A DNA stretch of 64,000 nt from Lingula anatina (Eukaryota; Animalia; Brachiopoda): assembly GCA_051362555.1 (NCBI GenBank), contig CM120644.1:16824534-16888533 (forward strand). The letters run 5' to 3'. The notes under the pieces were generated by a model that searched no databases, had not been told where the DNA came from, and saw only the letters and a list, made by a program, of their open reading frames with translations. The first letter of the stretch is position 1, and every line of letters begins with the position of its first letter. Shown here in pieces: positions 13,954 to 27,585 of the stretch. The translations under genes were made by a program, and so were the position numbers.

Positions 13954-16900
13954 CTGTAAAATAAATAGTCGACAGTGTCAATTTTTTATGAACAAAATGC
14001 TTGACTAAATTCTGGCACCCGCACATGGCAAAATGTATTCTGCCTGAAATGGTGATCCACAGCTTAAATAAACATTTATATATGTCTATATAAATAAATG
14101 CCTGATCTGCCTTAGATACACAGCTCCAATTTCAGCTTTCTATTTGGCTATAATCCTAGGCAATAGGAAGTCGATATTACCTTAACTTATGAACAGAATA
14201 CACAGAGCCAGTTCCTCCAGTCTTCGGGAAAAAAAATTGTCAACTTTTGCAAATTTTATAAATTAACTCTGGTACCATGCAAAGAGCCACTTCCAACAGC
14301 TCAAAATGTCAACGTAACTTGTAAACCGTTTTCTCTCTCAAACATCTTAATCAACAACAAGTCGGGCTTAACACAAAGGAGACCATGCAAACGTGATCAA
14401 GCTCAGCTTACAATGTATTCCTTTATTAGGATTAGTTGAATGAACTGAAAGAATGTTACTATTTTCTTTCATCGGAATGAGCAAAGAATTCACTTTTTTC
14501 ACCATGGCACAGTCACCCGTGTAGCGAGGTCATCTGCTTCTAATAACATATCCACCTTAAAATCTGACATTTCTGAACCAGATGTAATCTTACCTACAAC
14601 CAAATAATCAACAGTTAGAGTTGTGGGTATTGACATATGGAGTGATTAAAAAGCCATATTTCTACTCAGGTTGGCCCCATCCAACTCAACGCAATCCATC
14701 TGAACAAGCAGACCAATTAAATTTATATACAACAGGGATCCAATCAAATGACACATTGTTTACCCTAATGACAATTTGTAGAGGAAGGGACAACAAAGTG
14801 GTAAGATTTTACTGCCTATGGTGAGCTAATCGTAATCAAACCACCTGCTGGGATGGATAGTAACTTGATTAAACTCAACTCAACTAGAAACTAGCCCAAA
14901 AATATGCCCACAATAGTCAAGGCTGAAAATGCTGTGCTGTGGGGGTTTGGGGGGGAGGGGGGGGCGGAAGCACAGAAAATCTTGACCGCATGCTTGCCTA
15001 TATGTATATCTCACTTTGATCTTGATCCTATGCTGATAATTTCAAGCTTTTAATGGGCATATAACTCCAGATCCAAATAGCAGCATAATAGTCACTTCTT
15101 AAGGGGAAAATGGAATGCCCTAATGGCAGGCCATCTGCAACATTATGCAACAATGTACACACAAACTGCAACTCTGTATACACATTGTATAATGCTACAG
15201 GATGCCGGTTGTGTAACAATGTACATACATTATCAATGAAGTGTACAACATGGTCAATCCTCGGAATAAACTAAGAGCTTATCTCTGTCAGTGTGTTTTG
15301 CCGAGGGCTTAGCATTTATTGAATGTTGCTCTCTTCTGAGTAAGAGCTAACACAAGGACGTCAATGACTGTGTAGCGGAGGGTTACATAATGGCCAAGTT
15401 GTGACTTTCCCACTGGTAATGTCAAAAAGATCAGGCTACAAACAAAATATCCTATAATTTTGGAGAAATAACTTCCACGGCAAATACTGTTTCCAGTAAG
15501 CAGACACTATTGTTGCCACGGGCATCATCATAGTATACGAATCCAAACTTGAAAATGGCAAGATCATGTCACACCAGCCAAAAATAAGCACATGCCTTTC
15601 GTCAATGGCAGTGGACATGCTGATTACAAAATTTTGTATGTCCAAACTTGGTCCAACTGTTTGTAATATTTTTGATAAACCATGTTATTAGGATAAGTTT
15701 GAATTTCCATAATATCATTAACCTTTAGTTAATTAGTTTGAAGGGGACCAATGTGTACATGCCTTTATGTACCAAACTTTTGTCTTGTAACAACAAATTT
15801 ATTAAATGGCATTTAAATGTAACAACAATCTGGGGAAACTTACTACAGGTGCGTAACAACACCAACAAGTCCATTAGCCATGAAAGGAAAGTATGCCATT
15901 ATATAAAGCCTTTGCATCTCCAAAAACTGATACACAAATGAAAGGGTTTAATTGAGCCAAAACATCCCTGTTAAACTGCTGTCACCCACTTAAGTGTAAA
16001 GCCTTTATCTTAAATAAATTTCCACCCCCTTCCAAACATGTCTTTTATAAATTATAAAACATGTTATTTTTCTTATTTTTGTAAACATCAGTGTTGGTTC
16101 CACTTTTATTAAGAATTACATTTAATATAAGATTGTTCTTTTTCGTAGGAAAGAGTCCTGTATAAGTTTGGCCAAGTCACTAAAATTAGGCAAGAAATAA
16201 GGAATACCATTCAAATACCTCATCCAGGACACGGCAACAAAGTTGCTACTTTGTGTATTTACTCATGCATCCCAGACTTTACCCACGGATACTGGGTAAA
16301 AGCAAAACTGTGGCTACTTAAACCAGATCTTTCTGATACAATGACCCATTCCGCATCACACAGAGGTAAGAATCAACACAACACCACCACTGCCTTCCTC
16401 ACTTTTTGTTCTCCACTTCCATATCTTATATTGACAAAGAACATACACGACCAAAAGTATCTTTCTAGCACATGGCGTGGCGTCGTCACGTTAAACATGA
16501 CCACCGCTTGGGAAAACACGAACCACAGTTAGTTTTGCTTTCCTAGCAAATATTGATGGACATTGGACAAAGGGACAAAGGACCGTTACAATGCCAGCAC
16601 TGGCAACGCACAGGGCAGCAAGGGTCTTATGAGTGCTAATGCACGGGAGTTGCCTCGCATGAAAGCTACGAAGTCACCTAATGGGATCGATGAATTGCTC
16701 TTGCGTCATTGCCAACACGAAGCAAGATAAACACAAATATTCATACCTCTTATAATGTAAGTGGTGCATTAGGGGAATTCCTACTTTTAAGCCCACCACT
16801 ATTCTTTTGATTTAACTTAAATGCTCTGTTAAATTGCAGGAATTATAGCACTTTGAAACATTGCTTATGGCATTGCGAAAGAAAATTCCTAGTATAGCAG

Positions 16901-17924
16901 TGTTAAATCTATATATCTAATACAAGTACCCCTCCCCAACCCCACCCTCTACCATAATAAAGGAATGGGCCAATTTATGGATAAATCACTACTGCATATA
17001 ATATTGCAAACTTATTTGTTTTTCCACAGTTGTTGCTGAATATCATATTTCGTCTTTATCTTACTTTAATATAGAATTAACACTATAGATATTATTTCAT
17101 ATCTGATGCTTCTATATAATCGGTATTGATAATTATTTGAATTATATTTAAAAAGTAGACTCTGCAAAGTAATTTTTCGTTGCATCAGTTCATCAAACAC
17201 AACACTTTTGTCGAAAATTCTCAAAATCACCCTTGTACTTAAGCCGAAATATAAAATAAAAATACCTGCATTTAAATGTGTTCATTCCTGTGAAAAAGCA
17301 GCAGGAGAATCAATAGTGTGCACTTTAATTTCGAGATGCCTTTACTTCCTTCCCCTATATTCTGGAGTAGGATGTTTGTTCAGAGCCGCAATTTTCATTT
17401 CACACCTCTTTTGCATGTTTGGCACTACCTATACTAAAGCCTCTTCAAACCCAATTATTCTGATAACAGGCGATTGTCCCTGGACCAATATTTACTCAAT
17501 GTGATATAGCATCTCATCAACAATACTTCTATTCTATTAAAAATGACTCATCGGCTTTTGCCCATTTTTCATTTGCCATAAGTGCTGACTTTCATTAAAT
17601 TCTAATGTTTTGGTTACAATTATGACTATTTAAAAAAGTCATGCAACACGTCTCGAATTTTCCAGAAAAGGCCATTATCTAGGTAAAACATCTTTGTAAA
17701 TGCTTTATCTGTTAACGGAATAATAGAAGTTGTACATCAAAAGATCTCTTTTTATCTTCAGAACATTGTCACAACAGCTTGATGAAAATAAATAATTTAA
17801 CATTGTAAAGCAAATAATGTGAAGAATATTTCAAGCAAAATGGGCAGTACAATGGTTGCAAATTAGAATGACAAATATCTATCACTTTTGTCGCAATTTA
17901 ATCAAAAATCAAAATAAAACTTAC

Positions 17925-17981
17925 CTCCGAGGCTTTGGCTGTCACCCAGGCTAGTGCTGCAGATGTTTGCAAAATGGCCGA
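17925..17981 (-). CDS. PKD1L1: PKD1L1-like exon, 57 nt, phase 0-0
   Basis: tctttttag acceptor; SAILQTSAALAWVTAKASE, matching the polycystin-like Q..AAL..VT....EL pattern; gtaag donor. Confidence 0.83.
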
Positions 17982-18387
17982 CTAAAAAGAGATGAAGTTA
18001 CTTTTAAGAAAGGACAAAAATAAATGCTAAAAAAACATCATGTAATAATTTCCTATGAACAATCAATATTTGATAACATTTTTCAATGAAATTTCAGTTA
18101 CAAGAAATGAAAATAGCCCATACCCTCATCTGTTACTGCTATTATAAAAGCAACCCACTACTAAATAACTAAAATTACAATTAAGCTCTCCTTTATTGAC
18201 TCATTAATTTTTTAGAAATATGATGGTAAGATAACGTCAGAATTTTTAAAATGACAAACTCATAACAGGGACACTCAAAAGAGTCATTCATGCACATACA
18301 AAGTCAACACCGAAAACATAATTCAATTTGGGGAGACATCACTTTTAGATCTGGCCCAGTTTTAGGGCTCATTCCCAATGTAACTAT

Positions 18388-18602
18388 GGCTCTATTCCCA
18401 TAGATTTTAGATCGATCTATCCCCGCGGGGAGTCTCACTAGATTACTTTCAGATAATCCGACTTAAATGTCCGTCCCGCCTACTACAAGCAGTAAGGGGG
18501 TAATTTACTTTCGTGTCCGCCCGGCTGACAGCTATTTAGCGTGAACCCCCTGGGAGTTAGGTCGATCTAAAGTAGGTCGATCTAATCTATGGAAATGGGG
18601 TG
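18388..18602 (+). mobile_element. 215-bp MITE family A, copy 1 (3-bp TSD TAT)
   Basis: Near-identical to 46296-46509; imperfect TIRs with tagatcga(t/c)cta subrepeats. Confidence 0.9.
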
Positions 18603-18632
18603 TATCACACTATGTAGATCAATCAACCTCTA

Positions 18633-18783
18633 GAGCTCCGTAACTCAAAAGCATAGCGAACTGCAAATCACCTTCTAAATCGAGGCAATATTAGGGTCTA
18701 TATGGGATGAGTAAATCACGAGTTATGGAATAGAGACGCTTGCGCTCGGTCGCAATTCGCGATGCTTTTGAGTTATGGAGCTC
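18633..18783. mobile_element. 151-bp MITE nested in 18365-18984
   Basis: TIRs gagctccgtaactcaaaagcatagcgaactgc / gcaattcgcgatgcttttgagttatggagctc. Confidence 0.8.
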
Positions 18784-21700
18784 AGGGGAACTGTTTCTGA
18801 ATGCAATCAAATTTACAGTTTAACGCGCCTCCTCCTGGTGTTGAGAAGAATACATAAAAGCTGGTGATCATACCTTGAAAACCAGAGTAAGTGTGTTACT
18901 CTCTCAATCTGATTGCATTCAGGAAGAGACCCTGCAGAGCTGGATCAATCTACACAGACCGATGCTTTCATTGGGAAAGAGCCCTTACTTAGATAATTTA
19001 CCTGAACGGTTAAACTTTTACCCCTGATGATAAATTGGGAGGCACATTTATACAGAAACTCATCTTTCAGTTAAGACTATTTCAACTACAATTTAATCAT
19101 TCCGTTAGACCTATTAGTTAACCACAAAACAAGCATACCATTATCATGCATACTTTTAGCTCAACCACAATAACCACAAGACCTAATTAGCAGTGACAAA
19201 GGGATCAATAGTAAATATATCAGCAGCTAAGTATGATCTATTACTAAGACATCCCAAAGGAGTCATCTGATCCAAAAATAGCCAAGGACTATAAGAAAAA
19301 AAACACAAGATGGACAAACTGGTAAAAATTTTTAGCCACTCTGCAATGCATTCCTAGTAGAATTTCATGCAAGAAAATTGTGAAAACTTCACCTAGGAAT
19401 TCATTTTTGTTTGTTTGTTTGTTTGTTTTTGTTTTTTATAGCCATGAGGTAAGATATGAGGAATCTTCCTGGTCATACTAGCTCCTCAGGCAAGACTAGG
19501 CAGAAAATAAGCTACCATGGCACTGTTATCAAGAAGGATGCTTTTTAAACATCAGCTTATATTCTGCATTTTTCTTACTGTTTCCACTTTTAAGTACATA
19601 ATTGCTAGGATATTTCCAGAAAACATCGGTTAAAAACATATTTTGCTCTTCTTCCTAATTTTTTCATTTTTTTCCCATAACTTAATTGACAAATTACATC
19701 CATCTTTACAAGGCTTACCTTCTGTGTTCATCTTTAAGCAGACCAGCACAAATCTGCTGTTCAGCCAATAATAACTAACGGTCAATGAAAACCAGCTCAA
19801 ATGGCCCGAGCGACTTTAAATGTGGGTTCGACCAGGTGGGCAAATATGCTTAAGCCTCAATAGTGAATGATATTGCATCATGTCTACAAACAAACGCCAC
19901 AGAAACGACATACATTAACCTAGCTTTGATTATATCTGAAAATATACAATATATGTATTTTTTTTCTTTTTTATGGCATAAATCTCATTTCATTCTGCAC
20001 ACATGATTATTATCCAGATGAGAAATGCCTCGCTACTTTTCTAAACATTTTATACTCTTTGTTACAAATATCAACATCCTTTTCAATCCATGCCAATCTA
20101 AACCATATACACTAAAACAAGTTTTATTCATGAGCCAGGCTCTTCCTACACTTCACCACCTTACTGTTTGTTTACTCTGTTTTTAAGTCCCTTAAAACAC
20201 CAACCTGATCTCTTCCTGCTTCCAGCATATAGCTTTACTTTCTCTTCCAAACTTCCTCATCATCATCATCATGACCCAAGACTTAATATTTGTCCATTTG
20301 TTGCCTCAATGTTTGACCAAGTACAATGTTAAGGCATTAAGACAACTATTCAGGGCTTTCATTAGAGCCTATAATCTATGCAAGGTAAACAGGATAATGA
20401 AAAATGCCCTCCTGTTGCCATGGCGCCACAACTGACCACTCAAAAAGTTATCGAACAATTTGGCATTAGCAAGTTTAAGCACCCTGTCCACATGCGAACA
20501 CACATTACTGAAAAATCTCTTCCTGTTGTCATGGTAACACAAGTGTCCAGCCTGTTAGCCATTTTAAAATCATTGACCGTTTATAGTGCTGGCCTGTGTA
20601 TTTTGGGCCTAATCCTCCAAATGAGTATGCATATTAGTTCTATATGAAAATCTGGCATAAGAGCCTGCTGACAGGTTCTACAATCGACCAACAAAGCCAA
20701 CTTAAATCAATCAGTGCTGGACGCGTTTGTTTAGGAAGACTTCTATTAAAGTTCCCTATTAAGCCATGTTAATTTTCAATACCGGTCAGACAGTATGAAA
20801 CCTCCACTGTGTGGCTTTTCAACGGTCAGTTCCAACAAAGTTAAACTGATGGCACTAACTAATGAATGCTAAAACAGTCAACTGCAGTCCCTGGTAAAAG
20901 CTTTGAATGACATTCGCTTATTACAGACTTGCATGAAAGTAATGACAAGAGAAAATACATAAAGCAACTTTTTTGTTCTTTTCATGGGAAAAAATTCAGC
21001 CCAAAGGAATATTCTCACAATCGTCAGATGCAAATGGTGTACATATGGTCTACTCTGACCCCAGCATCATGAACTGACCTACAACCTGACAGTTGATCTC
21101 CTCGTGTCCTCGCTTTCAAAGATAAATTTTTTCCAGATTTTGTACAAGTCATAGGTCCAAACCTTCTTCAGCTCATGCAAGAATTACAACTGTGTGTGGT
21201 TCCCAGTATGCTGATATCCGCCCACCCTGAATCGAAATTTGCTGCCTTGATCTTGCAGGAAAAAATTCCTCCAACTAAATCTCACGTTAAGCAAAAGTTT
21301 CACTTGACAGTAACTGTCAATCAAGATCTAACCTTCTCTCATCTGGCAATGCAAACTCAGACAACCTCTTTTACTTCGCCAATTTTACGCCTGAAAGAAA
21401 CCATTCTTCACCGCCTTGTCGTACACACAAACCACATTCAAAAGCCCACTCACATTACCCTTCACTATTTCACACCTCGCACTCCAAACACAAAGCCCTA
21501 GACATGCCAACGCAACCTGCATTACCCAGCCAATAAGAGTAAAACTGGTTAATTCAACTAAAGTCAGCCTCGATGCCTTTGACACCCAAGTCAAAATATG
21601 CTTTCAATACGCTGAATAAAGTTATGTAATCAGGGGACTAAAAAAGTATTAACTTTCATTCGTTATGCGTTATTTACACAAGGTTCATACTAAAATGCAC

Positions 21701-23208
21701 AGCCATAATAATACCCTCTTTTTCGGGTGATACAAAAAAAGGAAACCGTCAAGGCAGGGGACAACTAGATCTAACCCCAGAGCAGCCCTCAGGGTTTGAA
21801 AACAAGAAATACCTTTTCAGAAAGAATTTGTTTCTGTTTGTAGTAACCAGACATTTATGATTTATATTAATAGCTTGAGCCCTGGGGCAATATTAAGCCT
21901 GGACCTTTTACCTTAAGTAAACTTATTATAGGCACTTTTAGGTGAACAAGACTTACCTGTTTTTTTTTTCATAGATGCATTTAACAACAGTGCACCATAG
22001 CTGAGGTGACCTGACCTAAACTTTCAATGTGCTATTTTAAAGAAAAAAGACAGGAAGTTTTTATAATCCTTGCCCCTTTTTTTACAACCTGTTTGCACAT
22101 TAAGCATAATGCCCACAAATGCCTCACCACCTTTTATTGTCTGCCAACCGCACACTGACTGTGCCTAATTATAACTAACTTCTGCGCTTCCCTTAACCCC
22201 GAGATTATTTGGGGGGAAAAAAATAACAAGAATTTCGATCCACTAATGTGGAGGAAATCAATTCACCTTTTCAAATCAGGAAAAACGACGAAATACTTTT
22301 TATGAAAGACAAAACCGCTTTAGGTCCAATAATAACAGAAAAGGGCATACGTGTTTGGTATCTTACCTGCCTGGGTCAATAAAGAGGCAGACACAAGCAA
22401 TTAGTGATGCTTTTGTTCCCAGTGTCTTTCTAAACCCCAAATGTCCACTACCACAAAAAGGGTCAACAAAACTCAATGCACTGAGCTTAACTTCAAGACC
22501 CACAATGACTTAAAACATTGAAAGAAGCAGTTTTCAAATAATTATCTTACCTGATGAGGTCGATGGGGAAATTGGGCATGAAGAATTTTCAATTATACCT
22601 TTGCTGAGCTTTAAATACTCCAAAAATATTTACCGACAACTGACTTCCAAAAAGACAACAGAGTTACATTAGACCTAAAAGCACAACAACTGTAAGATAC
22701 AGTGTGTAAGATACAGTGTAGTACCCTACTATCCAAACTGTTTGGCACTCTTTATAATGATTTACATTACCCTTCCACACATAAAAATAAAAACAAATCC
22801 AAATGGCTTTCCAGATGAATGACCCCCATTATTTTATAACTCCCAGATGGCAGTCACATAAATATTAGAAGTAATTGCTTGCCATTGGTCTCTCAGTCCC
22901 CGATGTGACAATGTGACATTGTTCATGTTTTATAAAGAGATTTCCCAATTTTTAATCCTTCTCATCACACAGCATCTCTCATACTCATCAATTCATTCAA
23001 GCTGCTTGAAGCAATTAACAAAATACACAACCCACTTAATAAAATTACTGAAATAATCTTTTGGCTCGATTTAAAGATTGCAATCAAATTGCCACAAACA
23101 GAAAGGTGATGTGAATGTCCCTTGCTAGGGAGAAGGTCCACTCTGAATTTAGGGTTTCAAATTTAAAAGAAAGGAAAAAAAACTTTATGAAATATTGGCC
23201 ATCAGCAT

Positions 23209-23210
<2 letters not shown>

Positions 23211-23293
<83 letters not shown>
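23211..23293. repeat. Compound (TG)n(TA)n microsatellite about 45 bp downstream of an exon donor
   Basis: Direct reading. Confidence 0.97.
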
Positions 23294-23295
<2 letters not shown>

Positions 23296-23338
23296 CTCAA
23301 CTTACACCAACTATTAAAAGAGAAATGTATATTCATAC

Positions 23339-23552
23339 CTCCTCCACTAAAGAATGTCTGGTGGCTAACAGAATCTCTGAGAGGTGCTGACGGTACGCCT
23401 GCCGCTGTGTCAGTGGGACATCTATGGAGGCATCATCGGATAAGCGATTTAACCAGCTTGCCAGGAGCAATATGTTATCATTGGTTGCCATGACATCGCC
23501 CTCCTCTTGGGATATGACCAACGCCCCCTTTTCTCCCAGAATTGCATCGTGT
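23339..23552 (-). CDS. PKD1L1: PKD1L1-like exon (helical region after REJ), 214 nt, phase 2-0
   Basis: ttctcgttgtag acceptor; HDAILGEKGALVISQEEGDVMATNDNILLLASWLNRLS...RQAYRQHLSEILLATRHSLVEE; gtatg donor. Confidence 0.83.
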
Positions 23553-24300
23553 CTACAACGAGAACAGTAAAAGTCATGTTAATTATTAACGATCACTGGA
23601 TCAAAAGAGTAGTTTCAAAAGGATTACACAATGTCATGTGAAATCTGTCAACTGGAAGTAAATTTCTAAAGAGAAAAGCACTACATGCAATACTGAAAAT
23701 GTTGCCCATTTAAGTGACAACAGCACAACAGTTCACATCAGGTCTAACTTAAGCCTTAAAAAGATTTATAAAAGCCTATAAAAGAACATATATCGACTTC
23801 ATGATGCCTGTGAGTATCATTTCATCTTTTTTTTATCAAATGCATTTCATACCATGATTTGCTGCATAACAGAGTCTTATAAACTTTAAACATTTTAGTC
23901 CAATGGTCATTTGCACTAGAGGGCCTCAGAAAACTAAAAATTACCCTTTGCTTTAATCAGCTAAGCAACAGAAAAATTCTTTTTAGTACCTTAACCAAAT
24001 CTACTGATCAGATGCTTCAGACATAGCTAACGTCACAGACTAGTTAAGTCTTGGTCACTACCCAACTCCATTATGGTCACCTATATTTTTCACCAGCTCT
24101 GCTATATATTGCATACCCCAACACTGAAAGCTATTACCTTGATGGCCTATCCATCTTTTTCACAAGGTAGTTGACAAAGCAAGTCTCATTTATCTGTTTG
24201 TTATATGTTCTACCTGTGGCTCAGGGAATAAAAGGCAAAGTAAGACTTGCACGTCTATAACTATCAGTACATATAAACAGGCATGAGTTTAACAAGTTTG

Positions 24301-24302
<2 letters not shown>

Positions 24303-24384
<82 letters not shown>
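24303..24384. repeat. (CA)n microsatellite
   Basis: Direct reading. Confidence 0.97.
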
Positions 24385-24386
<2 letters not shown>

Positions 24387-24561
24387 GGTAATTTGCTTTA
24401 TTGCCCTCCTACAAATATCATCCATCTCCCAAAGACCAATACCTTGTGGAATTCAAAACGAGCAAATCATCATAAATAATTAACAACCAAAAAGTGATGA
24501 CCACTGAACATGAACGAGCTCCGACAGCTAAATGGCTAGGTCAAGTTCGTTCAACACAAGG

Positions 24562-24730
24562 CAGGTCCATAGCCAGCAATTTTAAAAGGGGGGGGGGGTG
24601 TTTTTCTGAAAAAGTGGACCCTTTTCCATAAAACTTCCTGAACCTAGATCAAATGTTACCCAGAGTGGACCTTTTCCCAGCAAAAGGGGCGGTTCTTTTG
24701 AACCCCGAACCCCCCCTGGCTACGGGCTTG
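24562..24730 (-). mobile_element. 169-bp MITE family B (CAGG termini, 5-bp TSD caagg), hAT5-like
   Basis: Reverse complement of 51364-51531; TIR cagg(c/t)cc(g/a)tagccag. Confidence 0.88.
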
Positions 24731-24835
24731 CAAGGTCAACGTAAAATATCCTGGACCAAGATATACCTCTAAACCACACAGAAACATGGCCATGCAGTTA
24801 ACACAACAGTCTAAAGAGGCTATATATATCTTAAT

Positions 24836-25092
24836 CAGCTTTATATATGGATTAGGCATTGACCAACACAACCTGCAGATCTTCTAGTACTAATGCCCAT
24901 GTCAACCACAAGATCCACAAATTAACCAACATATCGTAAAATTATTTAGTACCAACAAAGCGATACCTAGCACGAACATTCATTTGCTCTGGTAGAGCTG
25001 GTTTATTTGCAGGTAATGTGGTTAATATTGGTGTTAATGCTAAAAGATCTGCAGATAGTGTTAGTAAATGCCTAATCCGTTTAAAAGGTCTG
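24836..25092. mobile_element. Older MITE with long imperfect TIRs (family F)
   Basis: ggattaggcatt.ac.aacac.a.ctgcagatctt.tag is inverted at both ends; partial copy at 29875-30046. Confidence 0.75.
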
Positions 25093-25271
25093 ATAATATG
25101 TTTCAGAAGTTAGAACAGCTAGCAATATCAGCTAGGTCAATGCCCTCTATGGGCTGGGCAACACCAAGATACCATTGTATGGATTTTTACACTGGAGAGC
25201 ACTAGTGATGATAACATGAAAAGCTACTCTGGTCACACTGTTGTGAAAATTTTCAAGGTACGGCACTGTCA

Positions 25272-25445
25272 CAGGGGCAGATGGAGGTTGTCATCTGGGC
25301 CTTCCAGAAGACATTCACAATTCTTCAATTTTACAATGACAGGCATCTACATGTAATTTTTTGTCGGAAGATGGTCAAAAATGGAGGAGGGATCAACAAA
25401 GATAATTTGGAAGACTGTCAGAAAATATCTCTGGATTCGCTCGTG
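25272..25445 (-). mobile_element. MITE family C copy, reverse orientation, diverged
   Basis: Contains gatcaacaaagataatttggaagactgtcagaaaatatc, the reverse complement of the family core. TSD not clear. Confidence 0.83.
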
Positions 25446-25732
25446 TTATGACACTTTGTGTTCATCACTTAGTGCATAACCATGGCCTGTCCCATGGCAC
25501 TTGTCATCTTCATAATGTTATCAATGCATGTTATTCCATTATGTCGATTAGCAAATTAAAGTAACAAATGCATTTTTTTGGGCAATTACAATGGAGTTCT
25601 CTCTCCGTCTCCTAAATGCACAAATCTTTCTTGACATACTCAATTACATGTATGTAGCAGTACCAGTTTTACCTTAGTCACCTACCAAACTTTCCAAATT
25701 TTTGTTGCTTTAACTTACTTAACACTACATAA

Positions 25733-27585
25733 ACTAGAGGATCAGAGAGGCGATACCGCCTCCGGATATTGTACCACCAGCTGGAGTAAGCGCATTCGTA
25801 TGGACCCCCCCCTTCCAAAAAGGGACACCATCACCAGTCTTGTGCTTGACAAGCTCTATAAGATGCAATCAATAAGAGTTTTCAAAATATGCAAAAAAAT
25901 ATAACTAAAAATGGTACAATCAAGCAGATTTTCGAATTGACTTGCATTTTCCTACCCTTGATCACTCCTGTATTCTCTAGACAAAAGGCCTATTGGTTTT
26001 CCTTGAAAAGTGTTGTTAATGGTGCATATATGCTGACAAAAGAGAAAACCTAGGGGCAACAAGGGGCACATCTCTCACATTGCAGATTTAAAGGCCTGAA
26101 AACATGCAAAAAGCAGTTCATCATAAAAAGTAGGTCAAAGGTCAATTTCAAGGTCACAGATTGCTAGTGTATTACTTCCTATTCAAGTTCAATAGTAACT
26201 ATGGACCTATCTCTGTCAGTTTTAGAGATAAAGGAGAAAGAAAATTTGCAAAGTTCAGTTCATAGTAAAAAGATGGTCAAAGGTCAATTTTAAGGTCACA
26301 GTAAATTGCCAGTATATGACTTACTACTTAAGTTCAATAGTAACTATGGACCTATCTCTGCCAGTTTTGGAGATAAAAGGGAAGCAAAATTTGCAAAGTT
26401 CAGTTCATGGTGAAAAGTAGGTCAAAGGTCAATTTAAAGGTCACAGTAAATTGCCTCTGACTTTCTATTCAAATTCAATAGTAACTATGGGCATATCTTT
26501 GCCAGTTTTGGAGATAAAAGGGAACAAAAATTTGCAAAGTTCAGTTCATGGTAAAAAGTAGGTCAAAGGTCAATTTCAAGGTCACATTTAGATTGCCAGT
26601 ATATGACTTCCTATTCAAGTTCAATAGTAACTATGAACCTATCTCTGCCAGTTTTGGAGATAAAAGGGAACGAAAATTTGCAAAGTTCAATTCATGGTGA
26701 AAAATAGGTCAAAGGTCAATTTTATGGTCACTGTTAAATCCTATTCAACTTTAATAGTAACTATTGACCTATCTCTGCCAGTTTTGGAGATATAATGTTA
26801 CAATTCTGAGTTACAATAATGTGCCACCACAATGTACTTTTTAATACAGCATAACACGAAAACCGTATGAAATACAAAAAAACGGAGACCAACTGCAATG
26901 TTGGGCTTTACATGCTCTACAAAATGCAAAAAAGAACGGGTCGCTAGCATTAACGGTTCCCGAATTAGAGACAGTTTTCAGTTTCGGTATCTTATGGCCG
27001 CTTCTCCCGTGAAAATGCACCGATTGACCCCAAATTCACGGAGATGAAAGATGACCCAAAGGGTTACACTTTCCAATAATATTATTGGTTAAGTCTGTGT
27101 AGTGTCTGAATAACAGCGCAAATAATATTTTTTTGGTAAAAAATTTCATTTTTTTGAAAATTTTGGCCTGTTTGACCTTGAAATAAAGGTCAAAGGTCAA
27201 ATCCAAGGGCATATTTGAAATCTACACATATGACTTTTGGAAAGCCGTCTGTAGAAATTTTTCCCATAATTCCTTCCATAGGGTAGATAATTGGCATTGA
27301 ATTTTCAAAAATTTTGACAATGTTGCATTTCAACAAGCGTCACGCCCAGGCCAGTGCACCGACGGAGACAAAAAAACCAGGGTGTTCAAGTTGAGATTAT
27401 ATGTGACCTAAATCCAAGAGATGGGGACACAGGTCCTTGCGGTCTAGGAGGAGAAGCGGTAACGGTGACTTGTTTCCGGCGCCCGACTGCGGAGCCGGCG
27501 GAGCCGCAGGAGCCGGCGGAGCTGTACGAGACGGGTCGGGACTAAAACCATGAGTACCGCCAGCGTACACGCTGGTGGTACTAAT
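25733..27585 (-). mobile_element. Non-autonomous Helentron/HINE-like rolling-circle element with internal satellite array
   Basis: On the minus strand: terminal hairpin (plus-strand agtaccgccagcgt-ac-acgctggtggtact, 27553-27582), a GC-rich short repeat at about 27489-27522, an internal tandem array, then a small stem-loop (gaggcg-atac-cgcctc) and a CTAGT end in a T-rich site. No TSD, no ORF. Confidence 0.75.
26105..26792. repeat. About 5 tandem copies of a ~143-bp unit
   Basis: ggtcaaaggtcaattt recurs at 26133, 26275, 26420, 26561 and 26707; each unit has aatagtaactat.g...tatct.tg.cagtttt.gagata. Confidence 0.92.

Larger units (their letters stand above)
18365..18984. mobile_element. PIF/Harbinger-like MITE hosting two nested elements
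   Basis: TTA on both flanks; ends gggctcattcccaatg / cattgggaaagagccc; subterminal inverted blocks tgtagat..ctgaatgcaatca. Confidence 0.8.

Noticed and set aside
23115-24483. ORFs with CVCV, YIYI and THTH runs (similar ones near 37000, 40500, 43000, 53500 and 56850)
   Set aside because: Translations of microsatellites.
26105-26792. CRISPR-like regular repeats
   Set aside because: Whole ~143-bp units repeat with no unique spacers, and the context is eukaryotic.
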